Shown here piece after piece: positions 39,401-50,510 of a stretch of DNA of 64,000 nt. Under the pieces are notes generated by a model. It made no database searches and had not been told where the DNA came from. It worked only from the letters and a program-made list of their open reading frames with translations. The translations under genes were made by a program, and so were the position numbers. Origin of the DNA: Selaginella moellendorffii (Eukaryota > Plantae > Lycopodiophyta). The stretch lies in contig NW_003314311.1 in assembly GCF_000143415.4 (NCBI RefSeq), forward strand, positions 876,769 through 940,768, written 5' to 3'. Numbering within the stretch: the first letter of the stretch is position 1; each line of letters opens with the position of its first letter.

Positions 39401-42400
39401 AAGCAAATCACCTTATGGAGCACCAGTCCTTTTCGTTATGAAAAAGGATGGAACTATGAGGATGTGTATTGATTATCGGGCACTCAACAAGATCACGGTT
39501 AAAAACAGTTATCCTTTGCCTCGCATTGATGACTTGTTTGACCAACTCTTAAAGGCTAAGTATTTTACGCAACTTGATTTGCGGTCTGGGTATCATCAGA
39601 TACGGGTGGCGGATCAGGATGTGAAGAAGACAGCCTTTAAGACTCGGTACGGATCTTATGAATTCCTTGTCATGCCGTTCGGGTTATGCAATGCTCCGGC
39701 AACGTTCAGCATTATGATGGATAGAATATTCGGAGATTATCTAGACACATTTGTTGTCCTATATATCGACGATGTTCTAGTCTTCAGCGAAACGTTGGAG
39801 GATCATTTGAAACACTTGGAGCTGGTGTTTCAAAAGTTGCGTGAACACAAACTGTATGCTAAGGAAAGTGAATGCACTTTTGGTCAATTGCGCGTTAACT
39901 TTCTCGGACATATAGTTGGTGGTGGCGTGATTGAGGTCGATCCAAAGAAGGTTGAAGTCCTGGGGAAGTCCCAACCACTATATCAGATGTTCGTTCCTTT
40001 CTCGGTTTGGCGGGATACTATCGCAAGTTTGTCCGCAATTTTGCAAGAATTGCTCTTCTGTTGACTGAGTTGATGAAGAGTAGTATTCCGTTTCATTGGA
40101 CACCAGCTTGTCAGCGTGCTTTTGTATGGTTGAAGGAGATCTTGACTACGGTTCCTGTTCTCAGGATCCCAGATCTTGATAAACCCTTCGAAGTGCATTG
40201 TGATACGTCTGGCTATGCTATTGGTGCCATGTTGCAGCAAGATTGTGACAAAGCGGTTGGTGTTACACTAAGGCAACATGGTTGTCCTGTTGCGTTCTAT
40301 TCCAAGAAATTGGATGAGACCCAACGAAGATGGCCAACGCATGAGGAAGAGATGTTTGCTATAGTGTCGGCCCTGGAACACTGGAGACACTACTTGGGTG
40401 GACATACTGAGGTTTATACAGATAGTAACACACTAAGCTACTTTGCTACGCAGCTTAAACTTATGCCGAAGCAGGCTCGTTGGCAAGAGAAGCTTGCTAA
40501 ATATGATATTGAAATCATATATAAACCTGGTAAAGACAATGTTGTTCCGGATGCGTTGAGTCATCAAGCTCAATTCTGGGCAATATCGTCAATCAATTCA
40601 GACTGGTTGGAGGACATTTAGGCTTCGTATGGAAGTGATCCATTGGCAAAGGCAATCTTATGCTGTGCAGGGTTGTTGAAGCAAAGCTCTGGTAGCTAAG
40701 CAGCAAAAGTTGCTAGTCGCACTAATGCAAAACTTCACTTTGTAGTTCGGGACGGGCTTATATTCTATAAGCAAGAAAGATTGTATCTTCCCTCTAAGGA
40801 TCTTCAGCAGTTATTTTTGCGGGAACATCATGATGTTCCAACAGCGGGACATGGTGGACAGCGAAAGACTCTGGCTTCGTTGAAAAAGGGATTTTTCTGG
40901 TCTGGTATGGAAGGTGATGTAGCGGACTATGTCCGTTCCTGCCCTATATGCTAGCAATGTAAGCGCAGAACTGAGAAGCAGGCTGGGAAGTTGCAGTGCA
41001 TTCCAGCACCGGCATGGCCATTTCAAAGTGTGACACTTGATTTCGTCACTTGCTTGCCAAAGTCTAAGGGTTATGATACTTTGATGGTGGTTGTGGATCG
41101 GTTGTCAAAGATTGCACACTTCATTCCAACTGTGGGAACAGTGAATGCAAAACAAGCAGCAAAGCTCTTTTTCCATGAAGTAGTGCAAGTTCGTGGTCTT
41201 CCTGAAGAGATGATCTCGGATAGAGATTCGAGGTTTACGGGGAAGTTTTGGGGCACACTGTTCCAGCTGTTCGGTACCAAGTTGAAGTTTAGTATGGCTT
41301 ATCATCCTCAGACTGATGGGCAGACCGAACGCGTGAATGCTCAAGTTGAGGATTATCTGCGGTACTATGTCGCGGCGGACCAACGCGACTGGGTTGAGCA
41401 TTTGGATACAGCAGAAATTTGTTATAACAACACATTTCACAGCGCTATAGGCTGTTCTCCATGTGAGATGCTGCAAGGGAATGCTCGTGGGGTTCCTCAA
41501 CAGATTGTTGTACCGAAACCAATGTTCGAAATGTTGGTCCCGGCCGTTGAGACTTATGCAGAGCAGCTACGCCAAGGTTGGTCTAGAGCTACTAAGTCGA
41601 TGGGCAAAGCTCAGGATAGGTATCAACGTGATAAGGATCAACATCAACGGGATGTATCCTATCAAGTGGGAGATCAAGTGTGGCTATCTTCCCGGAACTT
41701 GAACATTAAGGGTTCTCTATCTCGGAAGCTCTTGCCGAGATATATTGGACCCTATCGGGTGTTAAAACGCATTGGTGATGTATCCTATAAGTTGGATCTT
41801 CCAGATGAGTTATCTCAGCTACATGATGTGTTTCATGTCAGTTTACTGGCACCATATCTTGCTGCTGTGGAACGCTCTACGGATATGCATCCTCCGCCAG
41901 TAATCGTGGATGGTGAACCTGAGTATGAAGCTGAATCTATCTTGGCTTCTCGATTTCGGAGATTGGCTCATGCGAAGGAATATCTAGTTACGTGAAAAGG
42001 TTACCCGACTTGTGAATCAACTTGGGAACCTCTTAGCAATCTTACACATGCACGTGAGCTTGTCACGGAGTATGAGAATAGTAATAACAATAAAGCTTAT
42101 CTTTTATAAATCTTGTAATAAATCTTGCAAATTAATAAAGTAATATATTTCTATAAATCAAAAGTGTTGTTTCTCTCGTTCGTTCGTATTTGGGTCAGTT
42201 TTGGTAGGCTGACTTCAGCACTTCGGTACATGGGTCCAATCCATAACCATGGGGATAACTATTATAGACTGATCACAAGTCCCCGCCTTTCTCTCGATGA
42301 CTCACTTTTGAAAAAAGGGTGTGGTCGTGTAAACAACTTAATTTGCCAATTTATAATAGTTGTCTAAATCTTCCCGATGGGGTTGATTTCTTGCTCAGGG

Positions 42401-43637
42401 GAAGTTGGGCCTCTGGCCTTCTCCCTATGTCCCTGTGGGCAGGGATGTATCATTCCTTTGTAAGCCGAGTGGTACTCGGAGCAGCAAGGGTGGCTAACTC
42501 CGTTAATCATTTCTTTGTCGGTGACGGCCGGAGGGTGTCTGAGTCTTAACATCTTTGGACGTAGAGGAGAGGTCGTTCCATCACTCATTTAAGTCGGTGT
42601 GTTTCCCATATAGTGTGCTTTCCGTTAACTTTCGGAGTTGTTTCCTTGACGGTTTGCTAGACTCGGGTATGCATCAACGAGGACATTGATCTTCCCCAAG
42701 GGGGGGAGAGTGTCGTGAATGTGACTTCGGGTATCAAAAGATACTTGTCGACCAGTCCTTACGGGCACTCTTTCCTTACTGCCATGACGATAGGAGGTCG
42801 GTACTGCTAGTTCCCTTCAATAGTTCCCTTCCCTTTTGTCCAAGTGTTAGTTTACTGGGTTTAGCATCTGTACTTAGCCAGATGGACATAAGGTAAGAAC
42901 TCCTATGTGTTTCTAGCTAAGCATTCTCGGCCTGGCTCTTAGTTCTCTTTTGCTCTGTCTTGCACTGGCTTAGCAAAAACCCTCACATATTGAGATTAGT
43001 CCCTCAATATCACTGGATGATAGCTTACCGTGTCTGCCAAACACCTTCACTATCACGCCCTTTATGTTAGTCTCATTTCAATCCCAAATGCTATTTATGG
43101 AAAGTGTCTAGATTCGCTCATTTGGCATATCTATGGAATGTAGAGATCGGCCTGAACACAATGGTGTTCGTCTGGTGTCCAAATTCGCAATCTAGCGCCA
43201 TTCCATATTTAGTAAGTTTCGGACTTGTCCCAGAGACTAACTCCTGGTACTAAGGGAGGCTTGGGGTGAAAGCCCAAAGCATGTGTCCCTCAAGGGGGGA
43301 GGGGGGGGGTTGTGGGGGTTCCAAATGTATAGTAGGGATAGTGGTTGCAATGCATGTCCGACCACCTGAGACATTAGTTTGGCTCCCACTAGGCTGTGTC
43401 GCTCCTTGTTCTGCATCCGGCTTGGGTCTAAGCCCAAGCTCCACATTGCTCTAGTTGGTGGAGTACCCTCTTTCTCGCGTTAGGCCACCGGTATGCCAAA
43501 ATCGTGCCAGACTCCGTCTGACACCATTTTGCGTGCAGGTGTTGGATACGGGGAGTTGGTGCTCGTGGGATTGTACCGGACCCTCGTTTTGTAGTGCAAC
43601 GGGCTTGGAGTTCAGCTCCAAATTCAGGTGCACTACA
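36414..43637 (+). mobile_element. Full-length Ty3/gypsy chromovirus (same family as 15304-22669), inactive
   Basis: LTRs at 36414-37337 and 42711-43637, TSD tatat/catat, PBS tggtatcagag at 37340-37350, and PPT agggggggagag ending at 42710. Confidence 0.95.
37529..42109 (+). pseudogene. gag-pol polyprotein (disrupted)
   Basis: Motifs CFHCGELGHKSLEC, IDTGA, YIDD, HPQTDGQTE, GPY and a chromodomain. Stops, frameshifts and a gag deletion relative to the sister copy. Confidence 0.92.
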
Positions 43638-44049
43638 CATATTTAGCCCGGTAAAGAGTTTCCATTTCGTTGTATCTTGCACTAGCTAATGACAAGAATT
43701 CGCATATTGAGTTTAATCCCTTAATATCACTATATGATAGCTTACCATATCTACCAAACACCCTCGCTATCATGCCCTTTCTATTACCTAATTATGGAAA
43801 GTGTCTAGATTTGTTAATTTGGCATATCTACAAAATGTAAAGATTACCTTGAATACAATGGTGTTCATCCCATGTCCAAATTCACAATCTAATGCCATTC
43901 CATATTTAATAAGTTTCAAGTTAGTCCCAGATACTAACTCTTGGTACTAAAGGTGGTTGAGAGTGAAAGCCCAAAGTGTGTGTTCCTTAAGGGCAAGGGG
44001 GTGGGGGGGATATAGAGGGTTTCAAATGTATAGTAGGGATAGTGGTTAG

Positions 44050-44211
44050 TGTAGTGCCCCTTATCTCTCTCTCCTTAAGCCAACTAAAAAAAGGGCAATT
44101 GCTTGATGAGAGAACCTTTAATGGCTATTTTATCTCTATTTATCCCCTAAGGTTCCAAAGATCCACGGTGACAGTATATCCAAATCCCATCCCATGATCA
44201 CATGTGTTATA
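44050..44211. mobile_element. 162-bp solo-LTR-like insertion inside the old solo LTR
   Basis: Interrupts the LTR consensus agtg-gttgg-aatg. Termini are TGTAG...GTTATA and the TSD is gttag/gttga. Confidence 0.65.
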
Positions 44212-44511
44212 GTTGAAATGCATATCTGACCACCTGAGACATTAGTTTGATTTTCACTAAGCTGTGTTACTTTTTTTTTTTGCGTCTAGCTTGGGTTTAA
44301 GCCAAAGCTCTATGTTGTTGTAGTTGGTGGAGTACACTCCTCCTTGCGTTAAGCCACCAGCATACCAAAATCATGTCAGACACCATCTGACACCGTTTTG
44401 GGTGTAGGTGCTAAATACGAGGAGTTAGTGCTCGTAGAATTGTATTGGACCCTCATTTCATAGCATAATGGGCTTGGAGTTTGGCTCCAAATTCAAGTGT
44501 GTTACATTTAT

Positions 44512-46430
44512 CTTCAGCAATATTCAAAGCCATTAGCAATACTTTCCAATTTTTATGCCTCTCAGTCGATGTGTGCATATTTTTGTATAGGCCTATAAGT
44601 GAGATTCCATCCTCTTACAATGGCAACATTTTCTTCGAGCTACCACCTCTTATTAGTAGCATAGGTTCCAAGCAGGAGGGGATGGAAACCAAGACAATTG
44701 GTGCAAGATCAAGAATATACATGTAATCAAGATTGTTGTAGAAATTTTATATTTTTTAAAGGGTATGCAATCAATCCTCTTGCCTATGTACTGTCATAGG
44801 CAGGAGGATTGATTGCAGACCCTTTAAAAAATATAGAATTTCTATAACAATCTTGATTGCATGCTTCATCCACATAATCTAAATGCCTACCACAATGAAC
44901 TAGCAATTATATATTTGCTGTTAGCCATTGCTGTTAGATTTAAGTGTCAATTCTGAAAAAATGCTCCTCTATATTATGCCATCTACGAGCTCATGATGTA
45001 TTATTTTCTTCCATAAAGTGGAGTGGTTGAAAGAGTTGCAATGTATATTGGCACATATATGCATCCAATGTAAGAAGGGATACAAAAGAGTTCTCTCAAC
45101 TGTTTCAAAGATCATGTGTAGGGAGAGACTATAAGAAACTCATCTACAATTCCAACACATGTTCAGAAGACTATCTTTAAGGATTTTATCGCAAACACTC
45201 TACTCAATCTAGGCTGCCAAAAGACTCAATTAAATGAGGCTAGCTTGTGGGACTTATTACAAGGAGTACAACCTACTACTAGCCTAAGCAGTACGTTTGT
45301 TGTATTTTATATATTACAATAATATTTTTTCTTATATTATATTTTTTTGGATAAAATCTTGGATGTGTGAATCTCAAGAAAGGAAGTTGCAATAAAAACT
45401 TGACTCTATCCTTGAATTGAAACAGACATGTGCATACAAGTTCTAATCCATGAAAGTTTGTTTCCAGAGTATTTATTCACAACTAAAGTTGTGAATAAGT
45501 AAGAGCACCCCTTCATCTTTAAGATGTCTACAATATGCCCTACCTCTGGTGTAGATCTTATCTCCCGAATGGATATGTCTGGGTCTAATGACCTTGCATA
45601 TGCATAGGTACATTTTGACCATATAGAATGCATATCAAGTTGGATAACCATGGGAGCTCATGTGTATGATCCAAGGTAATTTTTATTCTCATTGTATTGA
45701 AATGGTTGTAATATTTGTGTTTTCATAGGCTATATTATAACTTAACAATTGCAACAGTAAATATTAAAGTACAAGACTAAACAGCCCAAGGAAATTTTTG
45801 GAAACCCTTCTCTGATATTGTGCTAAAATAAGCTGATAAGCATACAAACTTTTGCAGTTTCATGGCAAATGAGGCTAATGCAAATTGGAATGGTGTCTAA
45901 GCAATTTTTGGGAATGATCAACCATTGGAAAGTTGTGAGAGGACTTGTGAGTTCCATTAGGTTTAGAAGGGTTGGGTAGTTTTGAGCTAAGCTCAAGTCA
46001 ATGAAAGTGAATAAAAGTTAAAGGAAGTCAATACAATCCCTTAACTAGCTAGTGTTTAATGGCACTACCTTGGTTTGTTTTGAACCAAGGTTTTTAGCTC
46101 AAAATTTAGGTGCTTAAGATATTCCATAAGCTTATATAGATTCTTGGTTTGACACTAATTAATCTTAAAGTCTACAAAGAAAGAAAATAATCTATAATTA
46201 ATATTCTCAAAATATATTTAATCTTCTTCTACTTCTATGTCTAGAAAAGCAAGAATGGGTGTAGTGGAATGCTCCCTCACCATAGGCTCATGTTGCATGT
46301 AATGTTGTGCCATGCATTTAGCATAAATAAATAAGTGGAATTGATTTTAGTCCATATTATCATCCATATCATTAGGATTAAGCATATGGACAAAACACCT
46401 TGTATAACAAGTGTGGACTTAATGACATAA
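44512..46430 (+). pseudogene. MULE-like DDE transposase pseudogene (5' part probably continues left of 36204)
   Basis: SYNGNIFFELPP..GM / RVAMYIGTYMHPM / FIFKMS..PTSGVDLISRM..VHFDH..WITMGAHVYDP / GT-AG intron 45676-45728 / TIA..D..AQ..FW..FMANEANANWNGV..IFGND..ERTCEFH*. This gives the D...D(N)...CxxH arrangement of Mutator-type transposases. Confidence 0.65.
44720..44863. mobile_element. Foldback/MITE-like palindrome inserted in the transposase
   Basis: 69-bp arms at 44720-44788 and 44795-44863 with 5 mismatches and a 6-nt loop. Confidence 0.75.
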
Positions 46431-46499
46431 AACTATTTGAGAATAAATATTATAGATTACTTCAAACACTAATATCATATTACAAAATCTCCTAAGAAT

Positions 46500-49120
46500 A
46501 TCCTTAAAGGTATGTTTTTTTTCTAGTGTAAAAATAGCTTAGCTTGTCTCTTTTTCCACCTATACTATCAACTGAAATTCTATTATAGCATCAAGCATAA
46601 TTCCCTTTGGAGGACAAAATAACTTTAGCAAGATCTACATGGCTATGACCAAATAGTTTTAAGCCAAGGAATGTTAAATGAAAAACTTTCGAGTAAATCA
46701 AATTCAGCATGATGTCTTAAAGCTGTTGTATCCTAATAAAGCAAGAGAAACACACTTGTTAGCTTGTATGGCCTTACAATAGTTCCTAATATGGCATAAA
46801 GCATAGTAGTTCAAGGAATAAACTTGGAAAGTAAATAGAAAAGAGTTAATTTATAAATAAAGAAGTCACACACTTTTATGTCCACTACCATACTCGAAAG
46901 AAGGCAGCCAAATGAAAACTCCACAAATTTATCATCATTATTAGCCAAGTGTGCAAGAAGGCCTTCCCACATTAGAGAGAGGGGAAGGATCATGACAACC
47001 ATGCCCTCATATGTCATAAAGTTGCTTGCAACCCATAAAGCTTGGGAAATGTGTTCTACCTAGAACACATTCTATGAAGGAGTATCCCCATGCGATGGTG
47101 GCATCGCATCAGGAAAATCAAAGAAGATGAAATTAATTTTCCCATAAGGCACAAGCTGACCTAATCTATAGATCTACCGATCAAGTATGTAAAGCTCTTG
47201 ACTAGTAGCATTTAGAAGTTACACATAATCTTAAATGAAAACAGAAACTCCCTAACACTCTATTAGAGATAGAGGACAAACCTGAAAAACAATTATTACA
47301 ACTAGAAGTTGGAGATAAAATTTACTTATTAACTTGTTTATGCATAGTTGCAAATGAGAGCTCTTCCAAGTTATCATTTGTAGCTATGGGGAGGGATGGA
47401 AAGAATGTCTTGGTGTGCTAAATAGATTGGTGGCTACTCTCTACAACATCTATAAAGAAAAAGCAAAGTCAAAAATTATAACAAAAAAGTTCTAAATCAA
47501 AGTCCTTACTTTCATGTAAGGCTTCATAACAACTCCTTTAGGGGTTGCAAGGAGTAGGCAGTGGAATCTCTTATGCTAGAATCTCTTGTAAGATTTCCTA
47601 AATGGTTTTATAAGTATAGATATCCTCAGCCACTTTATGTGTTCTTAGATTCTCTTGACAAATGTTGATTGAGTTTTGTTGTTGAACTTCAATAATGTCC
47701 AAAAACAAAAATGCAAGTGGGAAATAAAAATATAACTCAAATTTAATATTCCTTAGCTAAGCACTAAAATTCATGTGAATTTGGATGACATTTAAGGTAG
47801 AGATCCAACTCAAAGTCCGATATCGGCATCTGTTTAATGAGTTCAAGATATCATAGGCATAACTCCTTTCATGTGTACAAGGATAGTAAAACTCTAGTTT
47901 ATACATGCCAAACTTCTTGCCTCTAGCTAAGAGTTTGTGCAAAACATTGGTTATGTATATAGGTGTACTGGGGTAATATTTTAAATGTCTACAAAGTAAA
48001 ACAAAAATATAAATACCAATGTGTAAATAAGAATTGAGAAAATACCTGTAAACTTCACATGAAATTGGCTGATTCTTGAACTCAGCCGAGCTCATCCCAC
48101 CACAAGGAAGCCAACCATTCTATAGCTCTACAATACAAGCATAAATATATTCCTCAAGGGTGATACTTGTGCAAGTTTAGGGAAGAAACTTCTTGTCCCA
48201 AATTTGTAGTATCTTCTCACCAGTAGTAATACTCTAAAAAATGCATACCTTCTCCTTCATCACCTTTTCCATCCTTGCCTTATAGTGTTTTTATTATTTT
48301 GCAACCAAGTATTGTGAAGTTCCTAGTAGATGATTTGTTTGGGAAAGTACATTTTTATTCTTAGAGATATTGTAAATGAGCTCCTTTGATGCTTTACTAG
48401 TTCCTATATATAGAGAGAGTTATGAAACTTTTCATAAATTTTAGAACTTCTTGCAAACTTAACAATGCTATTAAGTCATTTTTACCTGTACGGTATGTTT
48501 ACAATCAAGAGTAACTTTTTCACCTTTATTATCTTTATATTCAAAATTTGTTACACAATTGCCTTAAACTCCATCTCTTCTATTACTTATCCCCTTGGGC
48601 TTTTTTAAAGAATAAGGCTCTTTAAGAAACATTATGTAAGTCAATGCATACTTCAATACTAATTTACATTTACTCAAACAACAATTAGAAAATCAAGTGG
48701 TAGCTACTACCAAGTATGCAGCCAAAGGCATAGTTCCCTCACTAGCACTAGCATTAGGCCCAAGTACCCTGCCATCAAAAGCCGTAGCCTTAGTAGCACC
48801 AATCTGAATAAGCACAACTTTTCCACCACCACTAACATTAATAAGTACCATGCCCAATAAACACATCCTCAACAATAATAATATCAAGACTAGTTTTAGC
48901 TTTTATATTAGCATCCACCTCATTGTTATGCTCTTCATTGCATCTTTCAGCACCACCAATAACAACTTTATTGGATACTTGGGATGAATTTCCTATCAAT
49001 CAGCCAAGCTTACAAAGATCAATTACATCTTCTTAGAGACCAAAACCATTGAGGTTCATCTTAACGCTTCTTCTAAAATAAAAAGCAAAATACTATAATG
49101 CCTAACTTGTGAAGTAAAGA
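46500..49120 (-). pseudogene. Beta-class amino-methyltransferase-like pseudogene B with long N-terminal exons
   Basis: KINFIFFDFPDAMPPSHGDTPS*NVF.VEHISQALWVASNFMTYEGMVVMIL (from ~47140 down) / intron / YYALC..KC..GYNS..TFLG..ILLKLFCPPKGIMLDA..KETS*AIFTLEK (46800-46510). Collinear with pseudogene A. Upstream exon-like reading frames at 47760-48400 have no recognisable family, and the 5' limit is approximate. Confidence 0.6.
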
Positions 49121-50510
49121 AAATCTGTAGCATTATATGTTCAAATCCCCTCTTGGAAGTTCTAGCCAATCAACCTTGATTTATATATGCTATTACAAGA
49201 AAATTTTATAAAGAAAAGCAAGTGAAAAATAAATTGTAAACTATGATAAATGCAAAAAAAAATGCAAGTCACTAGGAGAGGTTGATTCATGCGAGAACAA
49301 ACTTCACCCTACCTCTCTAAAATTCAAAAACAGAAAATTCTTGAGAGTAAAAAGGTTTCAAGAAAAAAATAACACAATAAAAACATGAGAGAGGTCGGTT
49401 CATGCAAGAACTAACCTCACCCTCACCCTCTAAAATTTAGGAATTACATCAAGGTCCAATTTGACTATAGGGTTTCTCATCGGGTTTTCCTCCTTGTCTT
49501 CAAACTCCACACCTACCTCTTGTCTTTTTTTTTCCACTTTGTTTTCCAAAGTTTCTACTAGTTCATGTAGTTACCAATTGGTATCAACATCAGAAGTACA
49601 CTCTACACTCTTTGGAAGTGTCTCACACATTTGGAGCCAATACAATCCACCATGGTCACATATTAGGGTGTGGGAGAGAGTGAGAGAGAATATTCTAATT
49701 CCTGGAATATTCTTCATCCTCCTTGTATAAAACCTTTACCCCACAAAGGCAAAAGGGGGGCATTTGTGGAGAGGATTGGAGCATTTTTTTGTGTGTTTGA
49801 GCAAGTGTTGGGAGAGTGCCCTTCATTTCCTCAACAGGATTTAAGTACTATAAGAAAAATTTGCATTGGATTTGTATAGGAGAAGCTTTGATGCTAGAAA
49901 AATCCATACTTTAAACAAAATAAAAACTCCATTGAATTATTAGTGGAGTTTTATGCAGTATTCAGAATTGGGTTATAAAAGAGATTTAGCTATCTTTCAA
50001 GTATTTGTGAGAAAAATTGACAACTTATAGCTTTAGGCTGTAGCTATATGATTATCATTTAAATTTTATAAGTAAATCTAAATGGAATATCATAACAACT
50101 CTTTTAATCTGTCTAATAATCACTAATATTATAATGCATTTAGAAGATTTTTCTCATGCTGTTACAAGTTACAAGCCACTCCAATCTAAGATTTCTAGAA
50201 TCAAAATGGTATCTGAGGTATATAACCTACAAGTGGGAAACCATGATTCTATATTGTGCAGAATATTTATCAATTACACAAAGAACACGTGGAAATTGAA
50301 AATATATACTATGTTCTCTCTCAGGTGTTTAGACCAATGTAGAGTCAGGCCCCACATAAATGATATTACTTAACAATAGTTTTCCATAGTTATAAGCATA
50401 AAAGTGGGTTAATAATCTTAAAATATTTATATCAAAGAATTAGAACCATAATTTAAATAGATTTTTTTAAGTTTTAAACATAAATAATAATATTAGTATA
50501 AAATATTAAT

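Larger units (their letters stand above)
36204..44506 (+). mobile_element. Older solo LTR (split as 36204-36413 and 43643-44506) of the 15304/36414 family
   Basis: The LTR start (tattgcaaatatgacttcggg) and end (gtgttaca) join up once the inner element is removed. TSD tctat/tttat. Confidence 0.85.

Noticed and set aside
44050-44211. Cassandra TRIM with a 5S rRNA core
   Set aside because: No 5S A/C-box similarity visible.
26990-50100. Terminal inverted repeats for the proposed MULE-MTase element
   Set aside because: Searched by eye and found no convincing TIR pair or TSD, so boundaries are left undefined.
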